In this document: positions 9,484 to 17,249 of the stretch, piece by piece
Numbering within the stretch: position 1 is the stretch's first letter
Layout: each line of letters begins with the position of its first letter
NCBI RefSeq assembly: GCF_000039765.1
Contig: NC_004459.3
Span: forward strand, 2,986,104-3,018,103
Reading direction: 5' to 3'
Source of the DNA: Vibrio vulnificus CMCP6
Lineage (GTDB): Bacteria; Pseudomonadota; Gammaproteobacteria; Enterobacterales; Vibrionaceae
Length of the DNA: 32,000 nucleotides
Made by a program: the position numbers and the translations under genes
Notes under the pieces: generated by a model
Told to the model about the DNA's origin: nothing
Seen by the model: the letters and a program-made list of their open reading frames with translations, nothing else
Database searches by the model: none

Positions 9484-10017
9484 TTATTGCCTCTGGAAGA
9501 ACAACGTAATCGTCCCTACCTCTACGCCAAACTTCTTAATCTTGGTGAGATTAAACACATGCTTTTCATCTTGGCGATAAAGCCAATCATCAAAGGATAC
9601 CGTCAAGCTTGAACCATCGACTTGCAGTTCAAAATCATAGCGCCATTGCAGTGCATTACCCAGCTCCATTCCCTCAGCAACGCCGATAATATCGTCAGCT
9701 TCGCCTTGATAGCGACCATCGGACAATCGGGTAATCCGCCAAATGCGCTGATCAATCTCACCATCGTCAAAAACAAAATCTTCAACGAGCGTCAGTGTGT
9801 TATTGTCAACAGAACCAACAATCTCAACCTCAAAGCGTCTGGTTTGTTTACCGCTATAGTCTTGCACCATGCCCCAAGCTTTCACATTTCCAGAAAAATA
9901 CTCAAACAGTTCAAACTTTGGAGATGCTTGCTGGTAGTCCTTAAGGTCACTCGAACAGCCGACCAAAACGTTCAATGTCATAACAAGCAAGACGATAAAA
10001 ACATTATGTTTGTTCAT
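9484..10017 (-). CDS. DUF3833-family lipoprotein (last gene of the eight-gene operon)
   Basis: The signal peptide has the lipobox LVGC|SS (MNKHNVFIVLLVMTLNVLVGCSSD). The family assignment comes from recalled sequence character. The ATG lies 1 nt after the upstream gene's stop. Confidence 0.8.
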   Translation of the reverse strand: MNKHNVFIVLLVMTLNVLVGCSSDLKDYQQASPKFELFEYFSGNVKAWGMVQDYSGKQTRRFEVEIVGSVDNNTLTLVEDFVFDDGEIDQRIWRITRLSDGRYQGEADDIIGVAEGMELGNALQWRYDFELQVDGSSLTVSFDDWLYRQDEKHVFNLTKIKKFGVEVGTITLFFQRQ

Positions 10018-10018
10018 C

Positions 10019-10582
10019 TTATTGATTCCATCCGATTAATTTTGCTCGCAAAGAGGGATATTGAGTTTTTGGCGATAACCAAATCGCGAGGAAAGCATCG
10101 TTAAGCTCCTGATCAGCCACATCACCGGCCACTTCAGCTTTGTCACTGTCATGTCGAATAAAAAGCAAACGCCCTTTTTCTCCATCAGTAATGTAGGTCA
10201 GTTTGTCGCCTTTTTTGATGTTGGGAAAAATCAGCTCGAGGCTATCTCTCCACGGTTTTTTCGCTGTGATACCCATCTTTTGCCACTGCTCTTCCGTTGC
10301 ACTGAGTAGATCCTCACGTGAAATATCGCGTAAGTATCGAATCTCCAAGGCGAGGGGATGTGGCGTAACATCTGCATTCACCTCGAACTCACCATTTGGT
10401 GTAACCAACTTAGAATCATAGATATCAAAGACAAACCAGCTCAATCGTGCCTCCCCAACGGTCTGCCACTGCTGCCAAGTCTCAATGTCTGCTGCTCCTG
10501 TTTGACCATAAGAGCTAGACGAAACGCCTAGCAAAAGACTAAGAAACGTACTCCGAATGACACAACTTGCTTTTCTCATCAT
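10019..10582 (-). CDS. secreted chalcone-isomerase-fold (CHI-like) family protein
   Basis: The N-terminus carries a Sec signal (MMRKASCVIRSTFLSLLLGVSSSSYG|Q). The body resembles bacterial chalcone-isomerase-like proteins that co-occur with cfa-like clusters. The start overlaps the upstream gene by 44 nt. Confidence 0.7.
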   Translation of the reverse strand: MMRKASCVIRSTFLSLLLGVSSSSYGQTGAADIETWQQWQTVGEARLSWFVFDIYDSKLVTPNGEFEVNADVTPHPLALEIRYLRDISREDLLSATEEQWQKMGITAKKPWRDSLELIFPNIKKGDKLTYITDGEKGRLLFIRHDSDKAEVAGDVADQELNDAFLAIWLSPKTQYPSLRAKLIGWNQ

Positions 10583-11054
10583 GGCGAAGAACCTTAATGA
10601 TAAAGAGCGTGATGATTGCCCATTCTAAAAACACAATCGATGCCGTTATCAACACGCTGTAACCGTAAGCCACCGCATTGAGTTTATAACCTGCGTAGTA
10701 ACTTAAGCAGCCCCCCAATGCACCTACTGTTAATACGTAAAACGGAGCAAAACGGAGCAAAATTCTTTTCAGTTGATAAGCGTACCAAGCAAAAACTACC
10801 CATAAGCTTAAAAGCCAAACGGGTAAGAAAGTCGACGTGAACTGAAAAATTGAGAGATATTGATTGAGCGAGTCGACTAGGCAGCCGACCACGGCAATCA
10901 ACAGCGTTGGTTTCCAGGTTTTTTGGTCTACTCGGTACTGATACCCCAATGTCATCAAGGCAAAGCAGAGTGTGACCCATTGCCACTGCTCGGTGCCAAT
11001 AACCGCAAGAAACCAAACGAGATTGAACCAAGCAGAGGCGAGAATAAGAGCCAT
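10539..11054 (-). CDS. DUF2878-family integral membrane protein
   Basis: The 171-aa protein is highly hydrophobic, with Trp/Tyr-rich predicted TM segments. Its ATG lies 4 nt after the cfa-like stop. Confidence 0.7.
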   Translation of the reverse strand: MALILASAWFNLVWFLAVIGTEQWQWVTLCFALMTLGYQYRVDQKTWKPTLLIAVVGCLVDSLNQYLSIFQFTSTFLPVWLLSLWVVFAWYAYQLKRILLRFAPFYVLTVGALGGCLSYYAGYKLNAVAYGYSVLITASIVFLEWAIITLFIIKVLRHDEKSKLCHSEYVS

Positions 11055-11058
11055 GATA

Positions 11059-12315
11059 CTAGGCTCTTTGAAGCGTCATGTGTACGGTACTGATGCTACG
11101 AGCTAAGAATCCCCCCTCACAATAACTTAGGTAGTAACGCCACATACGAATAAATCGCTCATCATACCCTAGTCTTTTGACTTGCTCTTCAGCGTGGTTA
11201 AAACGTCGGTGCCATTCTTGTAATGTTTTTGCGTAATCCATCCCAATATCAAACAAATCTCTAATCACTAAATCACTGTATTGGGTCGTGGCTTGAGCCA
11301 GTGAAGTCACTGACGGTAAAAATCCCCCCGGGAAAATGTACTTTTGAATAAAATCGACGTTGTTACTGTAATATTCGTAACGTTGGTCGGCGATAGTGAT
11401 CGCTTGTATTGCCATCAAACCACCAGGTTTTAATAATGACTGGCACACCTTGATGTAAGACGGTAAATATTGCTTACCTACCGCCTCTATCATTTCGATA
11501 GAAACCAATTTATCAAACTGCCCAGTTAAATCTCGATAATCTTTCTTCAATAACTGAATACGCTCAGTCAAACCTCTTTCTGCAATCTGTTGTTTTGCGT
11601 AGTCATATTGCTCATCTGAAATCGTCGTGGTTGTCACCCGGCAGCCATAGGTTTCCGCCATGTATATCGCCATTGCCCCCCAACCTGTGCCGATTTCAAT
11701 CACCTCATCACTGGGTTTTAATTGCAATTGCTGACACAAGCGATCCATTTTATTTATTTGTGCTTGCTCTAATGATTCACTATCCGAGTGATAAAGGGCT
11801 GACGAATATAACATTCTCTCATCCAAGAATACTCTGTAGAGGTCATTACCAAGATCATAATGGGCATGAATATTTTTACGCGAGTTTTCCTGCGTATTTC
11901 GATTGCTCCAATGACTGAGTTTGTAAAGCAGTTTGGTGACCCAGCTACTTTGGTTTTCTAATCCATCTAATGCATTCAGATTGAGCGCCATTAATTTCAT
12001 TAACGAAGTTAAATCCGGACTGTCCCACCAACCATCCATATAGGCTTCACCTGCTGCTATACTCCCCCCTCTCAACACACGAGAATAGAAGCCGGGGTGT
12101 TTGACTTCGATTGTTGCGCTAATGGCCACACCCGGCTTGTGATTGTGTGCCCCTACAAAGCGTTCACTACGCTCTTGAGAGTCACTTTGAAAACTTTCAA
12201 TGACCGTCAAAGTGCCGATTTCCATACGCTGTAAGCACTTAAATATCAGAGTCCTAGCCGCCTTTTGTGCTGTAGATAATGGAGAGGTAAATGCCATCGA
12301 AGAAGTATTTAACAT
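11059..12315 (-). CDS. cyclopropane-fatty-acyl-phospholipid-synthase-family SAM-dependent methyltransferase
   Basis: The protein has the SAM-binding motif VIEIGTGWG and the CFA/mycolic-acid-synthase-type C-terminus (YYLSYCEGGF). An AGGGAGA ribosome-binding site is present. Confidence 0.88.
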   Translation of the reverse strand: MLNTSSMAFTSPLSTAQKAARTLIFKCLQRMEIGTLTVIESFQSDSQERSERFVGAHNHKPGVAISATIEVKHPGFYSRVLRGGSIAAGEAYMDGWWDSPDLTSLMKLMALNLNALDGLENQSSWVTKLLYKLSHWSNRNTQENSRKNIHAHYDLGNDLYRVFLDERMLYSSALYHSDSESLEQAQINKMDRLCQQLQLKPSDEVIEIGTGWGAMAIYMAETYGCRVTTTTISDEQYDYAKQQIAERGLTERIQLLKKDYRDLTGQFDKLVSIEMIEAVGKQYLPSYIKVCQSLLKPGGLMAIQAITIADQRYEYYSNNVDFIQKYIFPGGFLPSVTSLAQATTQYSDLVIRDLFDIGMDYAKTLQEWHRRFNHAEEQVKRLGYDERFIRMWRYYLSYCEGGFLARSISTVHMTLQRA

Positions 12316-12350
12316 GCAGAATTCTCCCTAAATTTATTATTCTTCACAGT

Positions 12351-13124
12351 TTAGTTGTTATTCTCAGTCCGGTTGGCTGGAGAGCGGTATTTGGGATGCG
12401 AGTAAAATGGTGCACCTTTTTTCCATAATTTGAACGCATGCCAGTAAATCCCTACCAACACTTTTACTGTTTGAATAGGCGTTACGATCAGTCGTTTTAG
12501 CAGATTGCTACTAGAAAATGGCTCTGCACTCATCGCCATGGTGGCATCAAACTGTTTATTTTCTTTGTGGCATTCCAAATGAATATGTAACTTTTCACTG
12601 AGCGGTTTAAGTCGCCAAATATAAGACTGTTCAATGGGGTTAAAGGGTGAAACGTGAAATGCTTTGGTTTGTTTCCAGCCAAAAGACGAGTCATGTTCAT
12701 CCGCAGAAATAGCGTAATAATGACGCTCATTCCAAGGAGTGTTACTCACTTCCGCCAGTAAATAGCGCCAGTGCTCTTTCTCATCAAAAACGTAGTAGAA
12801 ATTAACCGGGCTAAAGTAGAGCCCAAGATAGCGGAGGTGGCACACCGCGATAACCCTACCGCTGACTGACTCCCCGGTGAGCTCTGTGATTTTCTCTTGC
12901 ACTGCGCGTTTGAGGCAGCCCTTCCCTACATAGTCGCTGCGTTTAAATCGCGCCCAATGCCACCAGCGAGTGCCAAACCCCCACACTTCTTTTTCAAGCT
13001 GCGTTAACTCGTCCAAATCGATCGCTGGCATGAACAATTGATAATTCAAACTATGCTCTACTGGGGTAAAGCGGCGGTGCCGAACATTACCCACAAACAG
13101 ACGACTACTGATGGCCATGTTCAC
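12351..13124 (-). CDS. DUF1365-family protein
   Basis: The N-terminal GNVRHRRF motif is typical of DUF1365. The GTG start (13124) overlaps the upstream stop as GTGA. An alternative ATG is at 13118. Confidence 0.8.
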   Translation of the reverse strand: MNMAISSRLFVGNVRHRRFTPVEHSLNYQLFMPAIDLDELTQLEKEVWGFGTRWWHWARFKRSDYVGKGCLKRAVQEKITELTGESVSGRVIAVCHLRYLGLYFSPVNFYYVFDEKEHWRYLLAEVSNTPWNERHYYAISADEHDSSFGWKQTKAFHVSPFNPIEQSYIWRLKPLSEKLHIHLECHKENKQFDATMAMSAEPFSSSNLLKRLIVTPIQTVKVLVGIYWHAFKLWKKGAPFYSHPKYRSPANRTENNN

Positions 13125-14413
13125 GCCGCCCCTTGGTGAAAAGAAGTCGCCTCTTCTTTCGCGTGCACAAGGTTGATGCCTCGCACCACATCCAAGGCGC
13201 TGCGAACGCCATCTTCATGGAATCCGTTGTACCAATACGCACCGCAAAACCATGTGTGATTTCGCCCTTGAATGTCATCTCGTCTCTGCTGTGCCGCGAT
13301 CGACTCTGTGGTAAATACCGGATGGTGGTAAACAAACTTACGGATAACTTTGTCTTCGTCTATCTTGTCGCTGCTATTGAGCGTCACGCAAAACGTATGT
13401 TCTGCTTCAATGTGCTGGAGAATGTTCATGTTGTAGGTTAACGAAGGTAAGCGTGTGTCTTCTCCTTCCTTACCATCGAGTAAATAGTTCCACGATGCCC
13501 ACGCAGCCTTTCTGCGAGGCAGCAAGCTGTCATCTGTATGCAAAACAACCTCGTTGGCTTGATATGCCATACGCGACAAAATCGAGGCTTCATCACAGGA
13601 AGCATCCTCCAATAGCGACCTCGCTTGATCGCTGTGACAGGCAAAAATAACGTGATCAAAACGTTGTGCTGCTCCTGCAACATATAATGTGACACCCGTT
13701 GAGTCGCGGATCACTTTTTCAACTGGACAGTTCAAACGAATACGATCAGAGAAGCCCTTCGTTAATGGCGGGATGTAAGCTTTTGAGCCACCATCAATCA
13801 CGTACCACTGTGGTCGGTTGGTAACATCAAGAAGGCCATGATTGAGAAAGAAACGTAGAAAAAACGTAAGAGGGAAAGCACGCATATCCGCTAAGGTCGA
13901 TGACCAAATCGCAGCCCCCATTGGCAAGATATAGTTGTCGCTAAAATAGTCACTAAAGCCATGCGTATCTAAGAACTCCCCAAGTGTTTGTTGGGCAATG
14001 TGGTCATGGTGCGCAGACGCTTTTGCCAGTTTGTTAAAGCGCAGGATTTCAAAAATAAAACCGTAGAACTGCGGTTTAAACCAGTTCCTTTTTTGAGCAA
14101 ACAGTGTCGCCAGCGTGTGGCCATTGTACTCAAGTCCATTGCTGTCATTGCGAACACTAAAGCTCATTTGGGTTGCACGCCCAGTCACGCCAATTTCATC
14201 CATCATATTGATGAAATTGGGGTAGGTTCGATCGTTATAGACGATGAACCCCGTATCGACTGAGTAGTCTTTACCGTTGAGTGCAAAATCGATCGTCGCC
14301 GTATGCCCTCCAATGTAATCATTGGCTTCAAACAGTGTAATGTCATGCGCTTTGTGCAGATGGTAGCCACATGTTAATCCGGAGATGCCTGTACCTATTA
14401 TTGCAATTTTCAT
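13121..14413 (-). CDS. NAD(P)/FAD-dependent oxidoreductase (amine-oxidase / phytoene-desaturase-like)
   Basis: The N-terminus carries the dinucleotide-binding motif MKIAIIGTGISGL...EANDYIGGH. The 430-aa length fits the flavin amine-oxidase fold. Confidence 0.88.
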   Translation of the reverse strand: MKIAIIGTGISGLTCGYHLHKAHDITLFEANDYIGGHTATIDFALNGKDYSVDTGFIVYNDRTYPNFINMMDEIGVTGRATQMSFSVRNDSNGLEYNGHTLATLFAQKRNWFKPQFYGFIFEILRFNKLAKASAHHDHIAQQTLGEFLDTHGFSDYFSDNYILPMGAAIWSSTLADMRAFPLTFFLRFFLNHGLLDVTNRPQWYVIDGGSKAYIPPLTKGFSDRIRLNCPVEKVIRDSTGVTLYVAGAAQRFDHVIFACHSDQARSLLEDASCDEASILSRMAYQANEVVLHTDDSLLPRRKAAWASWNYLLDGKEGEDTRLPSLTYNMNILQHIEAEHTFCVTLNSSDKIDEDKVIRKFVYHHPVFTTESIAAQQRRDDIQGRNHTWFCGAYWYNGFHEDGVRSALDVVRGINLVHAKEEATSFHQGAA

Positions 14414-14429
14414 ACATTATCCTTTGAAT

Positions 14430-15155
14430 TTATTGGGCAATTAATTTTGAAGCTAACGCCTTCTGCCAACGGTAAGGCAGTAACGCAAGTAACCGAATAA
14501 GAGCGGTAAACCGAGCGGGAAAATAGATGTGCTGCTTCCCGGATGCCAATTGTTGCCGAATCGCCTTTGAGGCTTGTTCAACCGTGATGATCATCGGCAT
14601 TGCAAACGTATTTTTGTCCGTCAGCGGAGTGGCAACAAAACCAGGAAAGACAGTGACAACATCAATGCCCTTGGCTTGAAGATTGAGCGACAAGCTACGC
14701 GCAAAATACCCAATCGCGGCCTTAGACGCGCCATACGCTTCCGCTCTTGGCAGGGCGAGTTCCGAAGCAATAGAACCGACAATCACCACCTTGTGTCCAG
14801 GTTGAAAATGGGTTTGGCTGGCCTCGATACAGTTCACCACACCAAAAACATTGACGCTGAACACACGTTGCATCAATTGGGCATCAACGATGCCATCGTC
14901 CATGTATTCACAATCACCGGCGTTAAATATCCAAACGTTTGGAATAAAGGGCAGCACCGATAATGCCTCTCGCGTTTGCTGGTAATCCGTGACATCAAAA
15001 CTGATCGTTGCTATGGCGGGGGAATAATCTTCTAGCTCTTGGAGAACCTGACGATTGCGTCCGCATGCAATCACTTTTGCACCTGCATCAGCAAAATCTT
15101 TCGCTAGCTGCTTGCCGATCCCCGATGTCGCACCGGTAATGAGCACTGAGTTCAT
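14430..15155 (-). CDS. short-chain dehydrogenase/reductase (SDR)
   Basis: The protein has the TGATSGIGK cofactor motif and the YGASK catalytic motif. Its ATG overlaps the upstream stop (ATGA). Confidence 0.9.
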   Translation of the reverse strand: MNSVLITGATSGIGKQLAKDFADAGAKVIACGRNRQVLQELEDYSPAIATISFDVTDYQQTREALSVLPFIPNVWIFNAGDCEYMDDGIVDAQLMQRVFSVNVFGVVNCIEASQTHFQPGHKVVIVGSIASELALPRAEAYGASKAAIGYFARSLSLNLQAKGIDVVTVFPGFVATPLTDKNTFAMPMIITVEQASKAIRQQLASGKQHIYFPARFTALIRLLALLPYRWQKALASKLIAQ

Positions 15156-15571
15156 TGCCCTAACCTCTGCTTTATGGCCCGAATGATCCCACCCAGTAAC
15201 GGAAGGTTTTCATAGAGCATTTCGCCAAGGTCAAAATAGTCGCGGTGGTAAATCACCTTCCCCGCTTCAAATTTGAGGTGTGAAACGCCTTTAACCTCGA
15301 CACTGGCCCCTTTTTTGAGTTTGGGATGCTGTAACGTCATCGTCCAAGTAAGAAAGCCTACATTGTCGATTTGGTGCTGCTCATGAATATCGAAACGGCA
15401 GTCAACCACGTTTTCATAAAGATTGGTAAAGTAAAGCTCCAACGCTTGCCAACCCTCTAAGCGATGTGCAGCATCCTCAAACACGACGTTTCTATGATAT
15501 ACATCCGCCAGTAAGTGAAGATTGTCTTTATTCAGTGCTCGGTACACATTACCGACCTTCATCGCGTCCAT
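15152..15571 (-). CDS. NTF2-like (SnoaL-type) small protein, first gene of the operon
   Basis: The 139-aa size and sequence character fit nuclear-transport-factor-2-family proteins. An AAGGGA ribosome-binding site is present, and the gene is 4-nt coupled to the SDR gene. Confidence 0.65.
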   Translation of the reverse strand: MDAMKVGNVYRALNKDNLHLLADVYHRNVVFEDAAHRLEGWQALELYFTNLYENVVDCRFDIHEQHQIDNVGFLTWTMTLQHPKLKKGASVEVKGVSHLKFEAGKVIYHRDYFDLGEMLYENLPLLGGIIRAIKQRLGQ

Positions 15572-15675
15572 ATTTCCCTTGTTCCATGGTTAAAGTGTTT
15601 TAAAAACAGTCACATTTAAAACATAGACTAGTGTAAGCAGTTATACCGATTGTTTTTTTGTATAACTTCTACTGA

Positions 15676-15701
15676 ATACGAGAGGGGAAAAATTTGGATC
15701 A
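15676..15701 (-). promoter_or_regulatory. candidate ECF (ChrR-controlled sigma-E type) promoter, TGATCC-N15-CGTAT
   Basis: The minus strand reads TGATCC (15701..15696), AAATTTTTCCCCTCT, then CGTAT (15680..15676). The motif lies about 105 nt upstream of the operon's first ATG and immediately downstream of the htpX terminator. The match is to a consensus recalled from memory. Confidence 0.4.
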
Positions 15702-15704
15702 CTC

Positions 15705-15739
15705 AAAACGAAAAAAGCCCAGAGAGAGTTCTCCAGGCT
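15705..15739 (-). terminator. rho-independent terminator of htpX
   Basis: The minus strand reads AGCCTGGAGA-ACTC-TCTCTGGGCT (10 bp including 2 G-U pairs) followed by TTTTTCGTTTT. Confidence 0.7.
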
Positions 15740-15811
15740 TTCTGTTTCGAATCCAATTCGCTGATGAGTTGACTCACCTTTGCATCGATTCGCGATTCAC
15801 TTGTCGCATCA

Positions 15812-16690
15812 TTAGAAATTGCGAAGGGCAGCGATACGCTTATCGAGTGGCGGGTGGCTCATAAGCAGTTCCGTTAGAGATTGCTTACCGTTGATACCAA
15901 ATGCCATCATGGTGCCATCCAGTTTTGATTCTTGGCTCATTTTTAGACGCTCTAGAGCCGCTATCATTTTCTCTTTACCAACTAGACGGGCGGCTCCCGC
16001 ATCGGCATGGAATTCACGATGACGGCTATACCACATGGTGATGAAGCTCGCGAGGAAACCAAACACCAGCTCAAGCGCGATAGAAACCGCGAAATACACC
16101 ATCATGTTTGAACCTTCACCTTCTTCATCGCTGTTATTAGAAGCCACCATGTTGGCAATAAAGCGAGACAAGAAGATAACGAAGGTGTTCACAACACCCT
16201 GCATCAACGTCATGGTCACCATGTCACCATTGGCGATATGGCTCACCTCATGCGCCAGCACCGCTTCTGCTTCATCACGTGTCATGTTGTGCAGCAGACC
16301 CGTAGAAACCGCGACCAGCGAATCGTCACGCTTTGCCCCAGTTGCAAACGCGTTGATATCCGGCGAATCATAAATGGCAACGGTTGGCATACCAATGCCC
16401 GCTTGCTGAGCTTGGCGACTCACCGTTTCCAATAACCAGTGCTCTGTCTCGTTACGAGGGCTCTCGATCACCATTCCACCGACAGAGCGTAGTGCCATTC
16501 CCTTTGACATCATCAAGGAGATAAATGCACCACCAAAACCAAATACCGCAGCCATCACCAATAAACCTGAGAGGCTTCCTGGCTGCATTCCAGTTACAGC
16601 ATAAACAATGTTCAACACAACGCTGAGGACTAGAACCACAGCTAGGTTGGTAATTAAAAACACATGACTCGCTTCATTACTTTTCTCCAA
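15812..16690 (-). CDS. htpX: M48-family zinc metalloprotease HtpX (start uncertain: TTG 16690 or GTG 16663; see the frameshift finding)
   Basis: The protein carries the HEVSH (HExxH) motif and is collinear with E. coli HtpX from FLITNLAV onward. The canonical RBS-plus-ATG (16677) is in a different frame. Confidence 0.9.
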   Translation of the reverse strand: MEKSNEASHVFLITNLAVVLVLSVVLNIVYAVTGMQPGSLSGLLVMAAVFGFGGAFISLMMSKGMALRSVGGMVIESPRNETEHWLLETVSRQAQQAGIGMPTVAIYDSPDINAFATGAKRDDSLVAVSTGLLHNMTRDEAEAVLAHEVSHIANGDMVTMTLMQGVVNTFVIFLSRFIANMVASNNSDEEGEGSNMMVYFAVSIALELVFGFLASFITMWYSRHREFHADAGAARLVGKEKMIAALERLKMSQESKLDGTMMAFGINGKQSLTELLMSHPPLDKRIAALRNF

Positions 16691-17008
16691 AGAAGCTTAT
16701 TTATATTGATAGCCAGTTGAGCTGGCCTCTTTTGCTAATAGATATAGTCTAATTTGTTTAAAAACAAGGTTAAGTGATAAATTGCAACATTTGTTTACCA
16801 AGATGCTTATCTGTTAGAAATCAACACCATCGAATTTCTCTGCATCGTTTTGTTTCAAACGTCCTCTCACACGTTAGACTTTTGTCTTATTGTGCTTATT
16901 CGGCTTCGTGCTATTTTCAATGTCAGATATTCAATACTGCTCTGAACTAGGTCGAATCGTCTTATCTGTGCCAATGAAAAGCGTTTCAAACAGAGCAGAA
17001 ATAAACCC

Positions 17009-17197
17009 ATGTTAACAAAGGACATGATCATGGTAGAAGCTAACAACTATCAAATGGCTATTGATTTATTGTGCTGTCACCTAGGGATTTCTGAAGAAGA
17101 GGCAAAACAGCAGCTCGGCATTTCAACTGAGCAGCAAGTTGCAAAGCAAATCTCGGATACTCAACAGGCGCTTATGGGCTTAGTTCAAGACAAATAA
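17009..17197 (+). CDS. small hypothetical protein (62 aa; more likely 55 aa starting from the ATG at 17030)
   Basis: The ORF ends 20 nt before a strong terminator. AAGGA lies 7 nt upstream of the third ATG (17030). I recognise no family. Confidence 0.45.
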   Translation: MLTKDMIMVEANNYQMAIDLLCCHLGISEEEAKQQLGISTEQQVAKQISDTQQALMGLVQDK

Positions 17198-17211
17198 GCG
17201 CAAGACCTGAT

Positions 17212-17249
17212 AAAGAAAGGGCTGCCAACGGCAGCCCTTTTGATGTTTT
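17212..17249. terminator. bidirectional terminator between the small ORF and bioD
   Basis: The sequence is AAAGAAA-GGGCTGCC-AAC-GGCAGCCC-TTTTGATGTTTT. Confidence 0.8.

Noticed and set aside
10684-11031. 115-aa same-strand alternative-frame ORF inside the DUF2878 gene
   Set aside because: It is fully nested in another frame of a hydrophobic membrane-protein gene. Its Arg/Leu-rich translation is typical of an off-frame artefact.
13105-14263. Multiple 60-100-aa ORFs on both strands within the flavin-oxidoreductase and DUF1365 genes
   Set aside because: They all overlap well-supported coding sequences, lack ribosome-binding sites and show no family resemblance.
16035-16435. Plus-strand ORFs of 112 aa and 65 aa antisense to htpX
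   Set aside because: These are shadow ORFs opposite a highly conserved gene. They have Ser/Ala-rich low-complexity translations.
16691-17008. CpxR or sigma-32 promoter elements upstream of htpX
   Set aside because: I found only partial matches: GTAAACAAATGTTGC for the CpxR tandem GTAAA motif, and CTTGGTA for a sigma-32 -35 element. These are too weak to call by eye.
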